This document shows, one piece after another, positions 19,374 through 29,937 of a stretch of DNA of 64,000 bases (positions are counted from its first letter, which is position 1; each line of letters starts with the position of its first letter). The notes beneath the pieces are model-generated. The model saw only the letters and a list, made by a program, of their open reading frames with translations, was not told where the DNA came from and did no database searches. The translations under genes and the position numbers were made by a program. Origin of the DNA: an uncultured Methanosarcinaceae archaeon (GTDB lineage Archaea > Halobacteriota > Methanosarcinia > Methanosarcinales > Methanosarcinaceae); NCBI GenBank assembly GCA_963847185.1, contig CAWJYV010000007.1, positions 640,001 to 704,000 on the forward strand, read 5' to 3'.

Positions 19374-22247
19374 ATGACATTTCATAACGCATTCAACTCT
19401 TTTCATCCGAAAATTCAGGAAGCTCTCAAAATCCTTGGCTTTACAAAGCCCACGGAGCCTCAGGAAAGGGCTTTTCCTCATATAATGGATAGGAAACACA
19501 CCTTTTTGATAGCCCCTACAGGTTCTGGCAAGACTGAATCAGCCGTGCTGCCTGTTTTTCACAGCATCCTGAAAAAGAAGCCTGAAGCCAGAAGGGGAAT
19601 TTCTGCCCTCTACATAACTCCTCTCAGGGCCCTTAACAGGGATATGCTTTCCCGCATCGAGTTTCTCGGAAAATTGCTTGATATCAAAGTGCAGGTCAGG
19701 CATGGAGATACCCCGCAGAGTGAGAGGCAGCGTCAGTCCAGGAATCCGCCTGATGTCCTGATTACAACACCTGAGACCTTGCAGGCGATGTTTACCGGCT
19801 CTCGTCTGAGGCAGAACCTGGAAACAGTAACCCATGTTGTTATAGATGAAATTCACGAGCTCGCAGGCTCAAAACGAGGAGCCCAGCTGGCTGTGGGGCT
19901 TGAGAGACTTGTGGAGATTTCAGGAGAGTTTCAGAGAATAGGGCTCTCTGCTACAGTCGGAAACCCCTGGGAGATTGCAAAGTTTCTGGCAGGAAATGGA
20001 AGGGATTTCACTGTCATTGAAGTAGCCCTGCTCAAATTGCTGGAATTCGATGTGGTCAGCCCTCAGGTCTCGGACGGAGGCGAGATACGGGAGAAAGAAG
20101 TGCTTGAAATTGCAAATAAGGCGGGCTGCGAGCCAGAATTTGCATCTCATCTCCTTTGTATCAGGAAAATTGTGGATGAAAGCCAGTCCACTCTTATTTT
20201 TGTTAATACGCGGCAGAGTGCCGAAGCTCTGGCTGCCGGTTTTCGGAAGCTGGAAGCATCCATAGGTGTTCACCACGGTTCTCTTTCTTTTGAAGCCCGT
20301 GTGGAAGCTGAAGAGGCTTTCAAATCTGGAGCCTTAAGAGGACTTATCTGTACTTCTTCCATGGAACTTGGAATTGATATCGGAAATGTTGACCGGGTAG
20401 TCCAGTACGGATCTCCAAGGCAGGTTTCAAGGCTGCTCCAGAGAGTCGGGAGAGCAGGACACAGGTTGCATGAAATCTCCCGGGGTACTATTATTTCGAT
20501 GGAAGTGGACGATACTGCAGAGAGTATGGCGATTACTAAAGCTGCACTTGAAGGCAGGGTTGAAGAGGTTTCCCCGCACATAAAATCTCTGGATGTTGTG
20601 GCAAATCAGATCGCAGGCATGGTTATGGACTTCGGGGAGGTCGAAATCGAGAAGGTTTTCAAGGTTCTTCGAAGGGCTTACCCTTTCAAAGACCTGCAAA
20701 TTGAAGAGCTGCAGAGAGTTGTTGACCAGATCGGGGATTACAAGCTTGTCTGGCACGAAAAAGGCTCAAGAATACTGAAAAAGCGCAGGAAAAGCTGGGA
20801 ATATTATTACGATAACCTTTCCATGATCCCGGACGAAAAGAAGTACGAGATTTACGATATTGTGAGCGGAAGGCCAGTAGGAGTGCTGGACGAAGCCTTT
20901 GTTGTGAATTTTGCAGAACCTGGTGCCGTTTTTATAACAAAAGGTTACATGTGGCGCGTCATTGAGATGCCTGACCCGGGCCGAGAACAGGGAAAGGACA
21001 GGATCAAGGTCGAGCCTGTCGAGGGAATGGGAGAAGTCCCAAGCTGGACAGGCGAAGAAATCCCCGTACCTTTTGAGGTGGCTCAGGACGTAGGAAAGCT
21101 CAGGGGAGAAATTGCAACTCTTATCCATGCAGAATTCGACGATGAAGCCATTGCAGAGAAGCTGCGGATAAAATATCCTGTTGCAAGGAATGCTGTACTT
21201 GACCTGATACGCCTTATCCGCGACCATGTAGAAGGAGGCTTCCCCCTTCCAGATGCGGCTACAATAGTTATAGAAGACGAAGGAGACGCCGTGACCCTGA
21301 ACGCATGTTTTGGCCACAACACAAACGGCACCCTTGCCAGAGTCCTGACCTCTCTCCTCTCAGCCCGCTTCGGGAGCAGTGTAGCCCAGGAAGTGGACCC
21401 CTATAGGATAAGACTGACTCTTCCCAGGCGTGTCGGCCCTGTTCAGATTCGGGACATGCTTCTCTCCCTCCGTCCGGAACACGTTGAACCTATTATCGAA
21501 ATGACCCTGAAAAACACAACTGTCATGAAATGGAAAATGGTCCATGTGGCAAGAAAGTTCGGAGCCCTCTCCCGCGACGTTGACCACGACAGGATAAGCA
21601 TGAAAAAGCTCCTTGAGATCTACGAAGGCTCTTCCATGTACGACGAGGTCATCCGCGAGATCTTCCACGACCTGCTTGATGTCCCCAGGGCAAAAGAAGT
21701 CCTTACAAAACTTGCAGCCGGTGTAATTTCAGTCGAGGTATCCGGCCCGACCCCCATCGGTTCATCTGGCTTTGCCATGAAAAAAGACCTTGTAGCTCCT
21801 GAGAAAGCCGACCGTTCAATTGTCCTCGCCCTTAAAGAGCGCATTATGAACGACAAAATCATCCTATTCTGTACGAACTGCAAGAAATGGACCTCCCGCC
21901 GCCAGGTGAAAGGCGTCCCTGAAGAAATCATCTGCCCTGTCTGCGATTCCCAGATGATTGCAGCCCTCAAACCCTGGGAAGAAGAAGAAATCAATCTCGT
22001 TAAAAAACAGGCAAAAAACGTCAAAGTCACCCCCGAAGAAAAGAAACGCATCCAGCGCGTCTACAGAAACGCAAGCATAGTCCGCTCCCAGGGAAAGAAG
22101 GCAGTTATTGCGCTTGCCAGCAGGGGAATCGGGCCTGAAACTGCATCAAGGGTAATTGAAAAGATGAGGGTGGATGAAGAGGCGTTTTACAGGGATATTC
22201 TGGTTGCAGAAAGGAATTATGTAAAAACGAAGAAGTTCTGGGAATGA
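19374..22247 (+). CDS. lhr: Lhr-family ATP-dependent helicase with C-terminal Zn ribbon
   Basis: [52 protein letters not shown]; CTNC...CPVC. Confidence 0.92.
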   Translation: MTFHNAFNSFHPKIQEALKILGFTKPTEPQERAFPHIMDRKHTFLIAPTGSGKTESAVLPVFHSILKKKPEARRGISALYITPLRALNRDMLSRIEFLGKLLDIKVQVRHGDTPQSERQRQSRNPPDVLITTPETLQAMFTGSRLRQNLETVTHVVIDEIHELAGSKRGAQLAVGLERLVEISGEFQRIGLSATVGNPWEIAKFLAGNGRDFTVIEVALLKLLEFDVVSPQVSDGGEIREKEVLEIANKAGCEPEFASHLLCIRKIVDESQSTLIFVNTRQSAEALAAGFRKLEASIGVHHGSLSFEARVEAEEAFKSGALRGLICTSSMELGIDIGNVDRVVQYGSPRQVSRLLQRVGRAGHRLHEISRGTIISMEVDDTAESMAITKAALEGRVEEVSPHIKSLDVVANQIAGMVMDFGEVEIEKVFKVLRRAYPFKDLQIEELQRVVDQIGDYKLVWHEKGSRILKKRRKSWEYYYDNLSMIPDEKKYEIYDIVSGRPVGVLDEAFVVNFAEPGAVFITKGYMWRVIEMPDPGREQGKDRIKVEPVEGMGEVPSWTGEEIPVPFEVAQDVGKLRGEIATLIHAEFDDEAIAEKLRIKYPVARNAVLDLIRLIRDHVEGGFPLPDAATIVIEDEGDAVTLNACFGHNTNGTLARVLTSLLSARFGSSVAQEVDPYRIRLTLPRRVGPVQIRDMLLSLRPEHVEPIIEMTLKNTTVMKWKMVHVARKFGALSRDVDHDRISMKKLLEIYEGSSMYDEVIREIFHDLLDVPRAKEVLTKLAAGVISVEVSGPTPIGSSGFAMKKDLVAPEKADRSIVLALKERIMNDKIILFCTNCKKWTSRRQVKGVPEEIICPVCDSQMIAALKPWEEEEINLVKKQAKNVKVTPEEKKRIQRVYRNASIVRSQGKKAVIALASRGIGPETASRVIEKMRVDEEAFYRDILVAERNYVKTKKFWE

Positions 22248-22755
22248 ATGGATGAATAAGCAAATTATCAGAATGATTGTATGCTCATTTTTGGTCCAAG
22301 TCCTTTCTATATAGTTTCTCTGGAGATTGAAACTTTTAATCTCGTCTTTGGTTAAAAAGTTTAATTCCTTAAAATGGTGTCTTCGTTTTCTACTTTAGCT
22401 AGGGTTATAATCGATTTTGATATTTGTTTGATGGATTCCCATACTCCGAATATGCAATAGAAAGTGAAAAACACCGAAACAAATGTTACATATATAGTAA
22501 ACTTGTTGTTTGCTATCAACAATACATTGCCAACAAAGGAAAAAAAGATCCCTATTATTGCTGGAATTGCAGGATAGAAAAGCACTAAAAGGTATTGATG
22601 CAATCTTCCTTCTTCTTTTTTGTACCCATAAAGATTTCTTAACAGTTCTGGTCGAGAAAACGAAGAAAAAATTGCTATTGATGCGATTATTATGCCTAAT
22701 AATGAACTATTGATTACGATTGTATTTGATAGCATAGATTCACTGATTTTTAATA

Positions 22756-23888
22756 TAGGACTTACGCATTTGCCTGCTTTGCAGGCAACTTTTTAATTTT
22801 TTCGATATTTAGGTTAAGGTATAGATTGGCTTTTTTAAAAATTGACTAACAGCATTTCTTGTAATGTTCCACTTTGTTTCAAACCATGTAACTCCTGTTT
22901 TTATCCTTTGAATTTCAAATCTTAGAAATGCTCTTATTGCCATCATAATATGTGCTCTCTGCACATTGTTTCTTCTTGCCTGACAGCGTTCTACTCCACA
23001 AAACTGTTTTATTCCCCTACGAGACCTTCAATTTTCCAGGATTTTTTCCCTAACTCTTTCCTTTTTTCTTCTTTCATATCCAGTACATCTGTAGCCCAGT
23101 ATTGCGCGTCTCCGTCCTTGGAAACTATCCAAAATACCTTAATAAAGCCATATTCTTTCAGATGAACTGTCATTCCTTCTGGTGGAATAGTTAACAATTC
23201 AATTGCTACATTACCAGTCTTATCAGGGTTAACTAACCGGTTTTTCTTCAACCTTGTTAACCAGTGCCATCCTTTTTTCCTGATGTCTTTGAGATTCTTT
23301 ATGCTTGAATACCATGTATCAAAAAGAACAAATTCTGGTCTAAAACCACGTTCTTCTGCCTTATTTAGCATGTCAAGGAAGTGATCATTTTTTGTTTTTC
23401 CGTCAGTATCTATATCGTAAATTCTAAAGTCAACAGGAATTATAGCATCATTATATGTCCAGACAACGGTTTCAAGATTGATTCCATTTACAATCTGATG
23501 ATGTTTACCACTCCATTGCCTGTAAACAAGATCGATGTGTTTGGAATAAGGTTTATCGAGAACAGTATCATCGATAATAAGAAAGCCAGTTTCAGGAATG
23601 ACAAAAGTCTTGACTTCGTCCCATAAAGCCTCCGTTTCCGGAGGCTGCCTTAGAAGAAGACGAGAAAAAGAGTCATGAGATGGACTATTAGAGTCTATAA
23701 AACTGCACTTAGAAGCTTCAGTACAGCTGAAGACGCGAGAAGAAGCAATGAGAAAGTTGATATAATCAAGGTCGTGCAATTAGTTGGTTGATGTTATTTA
23801 ATTCAAAAACATTTTTATATATCACAACATATTATTTTAAATGCAATTCAGTATGATTTACAAAAGTGCTTCAACCGCGTAAGTCCTA
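22756..23888 (-). mobile_element. IS701-family-like insertion sequence, 1133 bp, with 5-bp target duplication TAATA
   Basis: TIRs TAGGACTTACGC / GCGTAAGTCCTA; TAATA at 22751-22755 and 23889-23893. Confidence 0.9.
22809..23779 (-). pseudogene. IS701-like DDE transposase, frameshifted
   Basis: IDDTVLDKPYS, FDTWYSS, WKIE; after a shift near 23020 another frame gives RGIKQFCGVERCQAR...RAHI to stop at 22809; 5' end also degraded. Confidence 0.88.
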
Positions 23889-24532
23889 TAATACAAAGAT
23901 TTTAGATTCTTGCTGTGATTCAAAGTTTAGTGAGAAATATATTATTAAGAGTAGCAGAATAATGGCACAAAAAAATGACCGAAGAAAATCACTAGAAAGA
24001 ATGATATCTTTGATAGAGTACGACTGGATAAAATAGTTAGGGCTCAAATCATCTTTTTTGTAATTTTTAGAAGTCATTTTACCTTCATACGTATCTTTTT
24101 CGATTTATTTCGCAAAGCATAAGTATTTCGCCAGTTTACTTAAAGATTAAGTTTATACACTAAATATTAAGGTTTTGATTTATGGCTAATCTTGGAGTTG
24201 CTTTTGCGAGACTTTTATTGAATAATCATGGAAACGAAGTAAATTTAATAGATTATTCGTATAAAGTCCTACAAGGTAGAAATGATATTGATACATAAAA
24301 AGCAGGTATTTCTAGAACTGGAATCAGAGTCCTAAAACACCAACCGCATAATGATAGACGATCAGAATTCTTTTCTTCTAATCTATTCTGGAAAAGCTGC
24401 GCTCTAGCGCGGAAAAAACCCGTGAAGACAGCTAATACGGTTGCTTCGGTTTTAGAGATTAATTATAGAACTTCCCTGGCAGCCTTTTCACTCCAGCATA
24501 CCTTTAAATGATCACAAACAAAATATACTGAC

Positions 24533-24824
24533 ATGGAGAATGCTGCTGGCACAAAGAGTTGTTCGAAAAAATCTCTTCCTTCCTTGAAAAAGAAGGAGCG
24601 ATAACGGTAGCTGTCTTTGGCTCTTACGCAAGAGGAGAAGAAAAGAGGAAAGCGATATCGATATTCTTGTGGAGTTTCGAAAAAAAGGTCTGAGAATCCT
24701 TTTTCGGACTGAGAGAGAATTGTCAGAGTTTCTTGGAGTAAAAATAGGTTCACTTACTGGGGAATCAATAAGTCCGTACCTTATTGATGGAATCAAAACA
24801 AAAGCTAAAGTAATCCAGGCATAA
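24533..24824 (+). pseudogene. Minimal nucleotidyltransferase (MNT antitoxin) pseudogene
   Basis: VAVFGSYARGEE, then a frameshift to SDIDILVEF...ERELSEFLGVKI...SISPYLIDGIK*. Confidence 0.8.
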
Positions 24825-24860
24825 AAAGAATGACTTTGTTTACCTCAATTCATATCCTCA
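24821..24860 (+). pseudogene. Possible 5' remnant of a HEPN/DUF86 toxin gene
   Basis: Overlaps the MNT stop; reads KNDFVYLN-HIL, resembling DUF86 N-termini; very short. Confidence 0.4.
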
Positions 24861-25152
24861 AAAATTCAAGCTTCTTTTTATATGACTCCAGTTTCTGCTT
24901 CAGATAGATTAAGATTTTTTAATTTGTACTGATAAATGAAAGTTTCAAGGCTGTGCCTTTCAAAAACTAAGTAAACCCCCAAAATAGCGGCGCAATCGGA
25001 TGATTTTCTACCGACGAATTTAAGGGGGGCTGGGGCGGAAATATAATAAAACAGTTATATCGCTCCGACTTTTTGCGGTTCTAAGATAACTTTCACTTCA
25101 ATTTTGGCGGTCGCAGTTTTAAATACACAGACTAAATGTTATTCCGGTAAAG

Positions 25153-25313
25153 ATGGAAGGCAAGAGCTTGAATTATCGGTTCTGATCGAGCAGGACGAAG
25201 ACGGGATATATATTACTAAAATTCCTGACATCCCGGGCTGTTATACTCCGGGAAAAACAGTTGAGCAGGCCATGGAGCGTATAAAAGAAGCGATACAGGT
25301 CTGTGGAAGCTGA
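25153..25313 (+). pseudogene. HicB-family antitoxin fragment
   Basis: SVLIEQDEDGIYITKIPDIPGCYTPGKTVEQAMERIKEAI; nearest ATG (25153) is out of frame; no hicA seen. Confidence 0.75.
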
Positions 25314-25512
25314 ATAACGTGAAAAATACTTTTTAATATCAGAAGTCCCATTTCTTTTTTGAGCTCTGAAAGGGGTATCAACGTTCCTTTTTCTAGTTCT
25401 CATAACTTTCATCTACGAGCTTTCTCTCTTCATCAGTGAGTATGCGGTCTGTGTCTACCTTATAATATCTTACGCTATCTCGACATAATAAATGGATTAA
25501 ACAAAATCACTG

Positions 25513-25905
25513 TCAGTAACTCATTTTCCAGGAGTAATATTTTTCCAAGTCATCTTTAATAAGGCTAGCTGCAAAAGCAAGCACCGCGATATCATCTACA
25601 AATCCAATTAAAGGAAGAATATCCGGAGAGATGTCTATCGGACTTATTAGATACAGGAGTGCGAATGTTATCACGAATACTGTTTTCTTTGGAACAGGGT
25701 ATTTCCCATTAAAGGAATCTGTTAACATGGAAAACAATAATTCCAGATAATCCCAAATTCTCCTGGGGTCTGCTGGGCGGTAATGGGCGCCTCTCACTTT
25801 TTCTGGAAAAATCACGCTATTATCAGAAACCCTCTCTAAGCTGACGTTTGATCGTTCAAGATCTGTTTCAATTTTCTCCTCTCTTGTATTATAAATTTTA
25901 TCCAT
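25513..25905 (-). CDS. YkvA/DUF1232 membrane protein
   Basis: ALLYLISPIDISPDILPLIGFVDDIAVL. Confidence 0.88.
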   Translation of the reverse strand: MDKIYNTREEKIETDLERSNVSLERVSDNSVIFPEKVRGAHYRPADPRRIWDYLELLFSMLTDSFNGKYPVPKKTVFVITFALLYLISPIDISPDILPLIGFVDDIAVLAFAASLIKDDLEKYYSWKMSY

Positions 25906-26531
25906 TATTAATCCCCCAATCTTGTATTAAGTTGTATAAAGGATTCCTTAAACTAACTATCAAGTTGGATTTTTCTTCTTTCGTATCAATTGAGACAATT
26001 AATACTCTTTCTAAAAGTAAATCAAATTTTGGCTCTATGGAAATCCTAGTTTGTTGCATCATTAAAAAAAGGATCTAAATTAAGTACAAGTTCCTGTTTC
26101 TGCAAGAATTACAGGTGCACTTAAAATAATTGAATGCAAATAAAAATAGTAATAATAATATATTAAGCTTGTTAAAGTTAGTCTGAAGACTGCTTAATCT
26201 TCCAAAATGAACCTCTGTTCTGATGAATTCTCATAATGGATTCTTATGCAATTGAACTGAAAAATTTCGCACCATGAATATATTTAAAAAGGATTAACGA
26301 TATATTTATAGTAATCACCTGTTTCTGGGGGGAAACGGTCTTTGGATATCTATCAGTTTAAATATTTAGCTGCTACAGGCATTGTCGTTATGTGGATTCT
26401 AAGTTATTTTTGCATGACATAAAAAGGTTAAAAATGTACTAAAAAAGCAAAAGAAAGGAAATTATTAAAAATTATAGAGGAAAATTTAGAAAAATGTTAA
26501 AGGCAAAGGTTCAGTTCAGATTACTATAATA

Positions 26532-26966
26532 TTAAATTACTATAATATTAAGTTTGAATTTCTGTTCTGCACCTGTTTCCTGTTCCCAGGATCTCTTGTA
26601 TATCCCTTCTATCTGCTGTTTGCCTCTAGCTGTGGCTTTTATTTCCCATAAATGAACTCCTCCGGCACCTACAATGAGCTTGTTAGAAGGATTTGAAGAG
26701 ATATATTCATCTGACTTCAATTTGAGCCCTTTACTCATAGTTAGGTTCCATGAGTAGCCCGTACTCGGGTTTTCCTTAAGCTTTAAGTAAACAGTATCTC
26801 CCTTTTTGAGAATGATGAACTTTCCGTTGTCGCTTTCGGTTATTATTTTATGTTGATTTATTGGATGAGGTGCAGCACAAACTGTAGCTGGAATCGTTGC
26901 CAGAATCAAGCATATTATTAAAACTGTTACCCCAAGTCGATTCTTCGACATCTCATTACCCCCCAT
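26532..26966 (-). CDS. Secreted protease inhibitor I42 (chagasin family)
   Basis: Signal peptide; LKENPSTGYSW, VGAGG, YKRSWE. Confidence 0.9.
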   Translation of the reverse strand: MGGNEMSKNRLGVTVLIICLILATIPATVCAAPHPINQHKIITESDNGKFIILKKGDTVYLKLKENPSTGYSWNLTMSKGLKLKSDEYISSNPSNKLIVGAGGVHLWEIKATARGKQQIEGIYKRSWEQETGAEQKFKLNIIVI

Positions 26967-27406
26967 TAAAAGCAGTTACTCAATAAATTGTCTTCTCTTG
27001 TCGGCTTCATTTTGCCAATTTTTATAATTCTATAAGACTTACACAAATCAGATCGATTCTATGCAGGAATACCTGAAATAACTAAAAATTTTAGAATTGA
27101 TCTGTATATGACTAAAGAATATATAAATTAGAACGAATATAATATTCTTATACTAAATAATTATAAAATATATAAAAAATTTATAAAAATATATTTTCTT
27201 TTAAATAATATACTTACTTTTAAATAATCTTCCCATAAAATCTGTTTTGGAATCTTAATTTTATTTATTTTTTCTATATTTTTAAGTTATCTGCTTTTAA
27301 TGATTCACTTTAAAACTAAACAACTTACAAAAAGGATCCCAGCCACAACATTTGGGGGAGTCTGGAGAGTGTAATTATAAGTTTCTTTCATTTGTAGTCC
27401 ACCAGA

Positions 27407-27808
27407 TTATGGAATTTTTGAAGCTACGGTTTTTTCTATTATCAAATTAACTGTTCCTGAGTTAAGTGGTTTAGCATGAATATGGTAAGTTCCATTTTCT
27501 TGTACAGTAAACATCGGATGGTAAGGAAGATAATTTTTCCTGGATTCCGTCAATTTAAATGTGTCTTCAAAAACGATTAACGAACCCTTGCTTATTGTCA
27601 CATTTATCTTCTCTGGACCTTTGTAATTTTCAATTAAGAGTTTATAATTCACACCCTTTGTGAGATCTACCGGAAAATCTGATTCGCTTGATACTGTTTT
27701 TGATATCACATTTTCCCCTCCTCCATGAAGTGCTGTAGCTACATAATATATAAAAATCAATATGTAAAGCCATTTAAGACCTCTGTGTTTTTTAGGTTCT
27801 TCTGGCAT
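27407..27808 (-). CDS. Hypothetical membrane-anchored protein
   Basis: One TM helix followed by a beta-rich domain; ATG after GAGGGGG. Confidence 0.6.
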   Translation of the reverse strand: MPEEPKKHRGLKWLYILIFIYYVATALHGGGENVISKTVSSESDFPVDLTKGVNYKLLIENYKGPEKINVTISKGSLIVFEDTFKLTESRKNYLPYHPMFTVQENGTYHIHAKPLNSGTVNLIIEKTVASKIP

Positions 27809-27966
27809 CTTTTCCCCCTCTTTCAAGCAATATTTCATACTCAAATAGCTTTCATCTAAATCTCTTTCCTCTGTCGCAGCTTTATTTTTGATATGCTTTA
27901 TTTTTTTCTAAATAAGGTAAAAGGATAGTTACAGTTTATCAGAAGGTTACAACATTGGATCAGGAT

Positions 27967-28896
27967 TCACTGCTTGTCGTCTACAACTCTTAAAACAATC
28001 TTCCCACGCGCGTGACGACTTTCACTGATCTCATGCGCCTTTTGTGCATCCTTCAGAGGAAGTATAGTCGTCACTATCGGTTTGATCTGTTGCTCATCTA
28101 TTATAGCTGCAATTTGAGTGAGCTCTTTTCCATCAGGCTGGGTCGTGAGTCTTTCTGCACGTACTCCATATTTTTCAGGAGCATTCTCTGGAATAGTGGC
28201 CACAGTCGTTACCAGAAATCCACCGGGTTTTAAGACTTCCCATGACCTCTCAAGAGTCTCCCCTCCTATTGTGTCCAGTACCACGTCCAGCTTGCTAACT
28301 AAATCTTCAAATCGCTGGTTCTTGTAATCAATTACTTCATCTGCACCTATGCTTTTCAAAAACTGCAAATTGCCACTCGAGGCAGTTCCAATGACATGTG
28401 CTCCTTTCCATCTGGCGAACTGGACTGCAAAAGTCCCGACTCCTCCGGCAGCTCCATGAATGAGTATGGACTGCCCTTTTTCGAGTCTGGCAATATCAAA
28501 GAGCGATTGCCAGGCAGCCAGTCCCGCAGTAGGAATGGCAGCGCTTTCTACAAACCCTATACTTTTTGGCTTCCGTGCAACCTGCGTGGAGTTAACAACA
28601 GCGTATTCAGCATATCCTCCCTGACCTATCGATACTTTGGCAAAGATTTCTTCTCCGGTTTGAAAGGTAACTTCTCCTTTCCCTACAGAGTCTACGATAC
28701 CTGCAATATCCAGTCCAACAGTCATCGGCAAGGGGAATTCACCTATCAGACCTTTGCGTATCTTCCAATCTATCGGATTGACTCCTGCTGCAATTATTTT
28801 AATTCGAACTTCACTCTGGCCTGGCTCAGGCTCAGGAATTTCCTCGTACTTCATAACTTCTGGTCCCCCAAACTCATGAATCCTTATCGCTTTCAT
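27967..28896 (-). CDS. NADP-dependent oxidoreductase (MDR, quinone-reductase-like)
   Basis: MKAIRIHEFGGPEV, AAGVNPIDWK, IHGAAGGVG, RGKIVL. Confidence 0.92.
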   Translation of the reverse strand: MKAIRIHEFGGPEVMKYEEIPEPEPGQSEVRIKIIAAGVNPIDWKIRKGLIGEFPLPMTVGLDIAGIVDSVGKGEVTFQTGEEIFAKVSIGQGGYAEYAVVNSTQVARKPKSIGFVESAAIPTAGLAAWQSLFDIARLEKGQSILIHGAAGGVGTFAVQFARWKGAHVIGTASSGNLQFLKSIGADEVIDYKNQRFEDLVSKLDVVLDTIGGETLERSWEVLKPGGFLVTTVATIPENAPEKYGVRAERLTTQPDGKELTQIAAIIDEQQIKPIVTTILPLKDAQKAHEISESRHARGKIVLRVVDDKQ

Positions 28897-29006
28897 AATC
28901 CGTACCTCAAAATGTACTTTCACTAGATCTTTTGTCCAAGCACCCTTGTGAGAAAGATAGGAAAACCGCAGATTTTTGGTTTTGATAAATTTCCTTTATT
29001 TTTACC

Positions 29007-29300
29007 TCAATTAACAGTTATCAGGTTGCACGCAGGTTCCGAAGACGATATGAAAGAAGTTCTATCTCCACTATGTTTTACGACATATCTCCGATTTTCG
29101 AAATAATTAAAGTTATCAACAATCCCATCCCTGTAAATTTCCCCGCTGTTATTGTAAACTATTTCACCTACTCTTATGTCACCTACCGATTTCCCTTTTT
29201 CAGAACCCTTATTTTCCGTCAAGCTGTATTTTTCTGTGTTTGAAGCCACTGTAAAAAATAGAATGACTATAAAAGGCAGCAAAGCTCCTGTTAATCTCAT
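29007..29300 (-). CDS. Small hypothetical secreted protein or gene remnant
   Basis: GGGGG RBS-like sequence and signal-like N-terminus; no recognised domain. Confidence 0.35.
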   Translation of the reverse strand: MRLTGALLPFIVILFFTVASNTEKYSLTENKGSEKGKSVGDIRVGEIVYNNSGEIYRDGIVDNFNYFENRRYVVKHSGDRTSFISSSEPACNLITVN

Positions 29301-29937
29301 GTTAACCCCCCACTATTTATTTATATTCAAATGATTCTATTTTAATTTTCCCAGCTTACTGAACAGTATTCAAATTAGATATTTCCTATGTTTTTTATTT
29401 AATTCCAGAGGATGAATCAGGGGGTTAAAAATCGATTTTTTCAAATTTTCCTTGAATTTCTGGGATATCCTGCATCAAAGAGTGTTTAGGTCAATAAAGG
29501 GTGTTTCTCGCTATGATAAGTTTCGTGAGACATGCCTCTTCACATCACCAAATTTCTAGTTCTGAGTTAATTTTATATAACAATACAATTTTTTTATATA
29601 TGATGTTGATTTCAAAATTTGAAATGTTTGGGCTAATAAATGCTATCATTATATCATTTAATGACTGCGTAACAGCCATCTAATTAAACTAGATATGAAT
29701 AAGTGAGAAATTTTTGCTGAGTGTTTGGTTCTTTCTTATTTTATTTTTAAAGACTGAATTGAAAGTCTGGAGTTTCAAGTGGAGATAGCAATCTTAGAAA
29801 TCCCGCCAGGTGTTTGTTACTGAGGGCTTCAACACATCCTGTAAAACCTTGCATAAGTTTCTCTCTTAATGTTAACTCAAATAACTATTAAAAACGTGTC
29901 TAGTTACTCAATTTAAAATTCTACTACGGTGTTTACC

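Larger units (their letters stand above)
22361..24077 (-). pseudogene. Multi-pass membrane protein (about 192 aa) interrupted by an IS
   Basis: Removing the IS plus one TAATA copy joins ...QESKIFVL to KISESMLSNT... in frame. Confidence 0.85.

Noticed and set aside
23886-23888. TAG ending the 63-aa ORF as possible pyrrolysine read-through
   Set aside because: The TAG is created by the IS terminal repeat
22754-23890. Alternative IS boundaries with a 4-bp TATA duplication
   Set aside because: That choice gives a stop codon on rejoining, whereas the 5-bp TAATA duplication restores the reading frame
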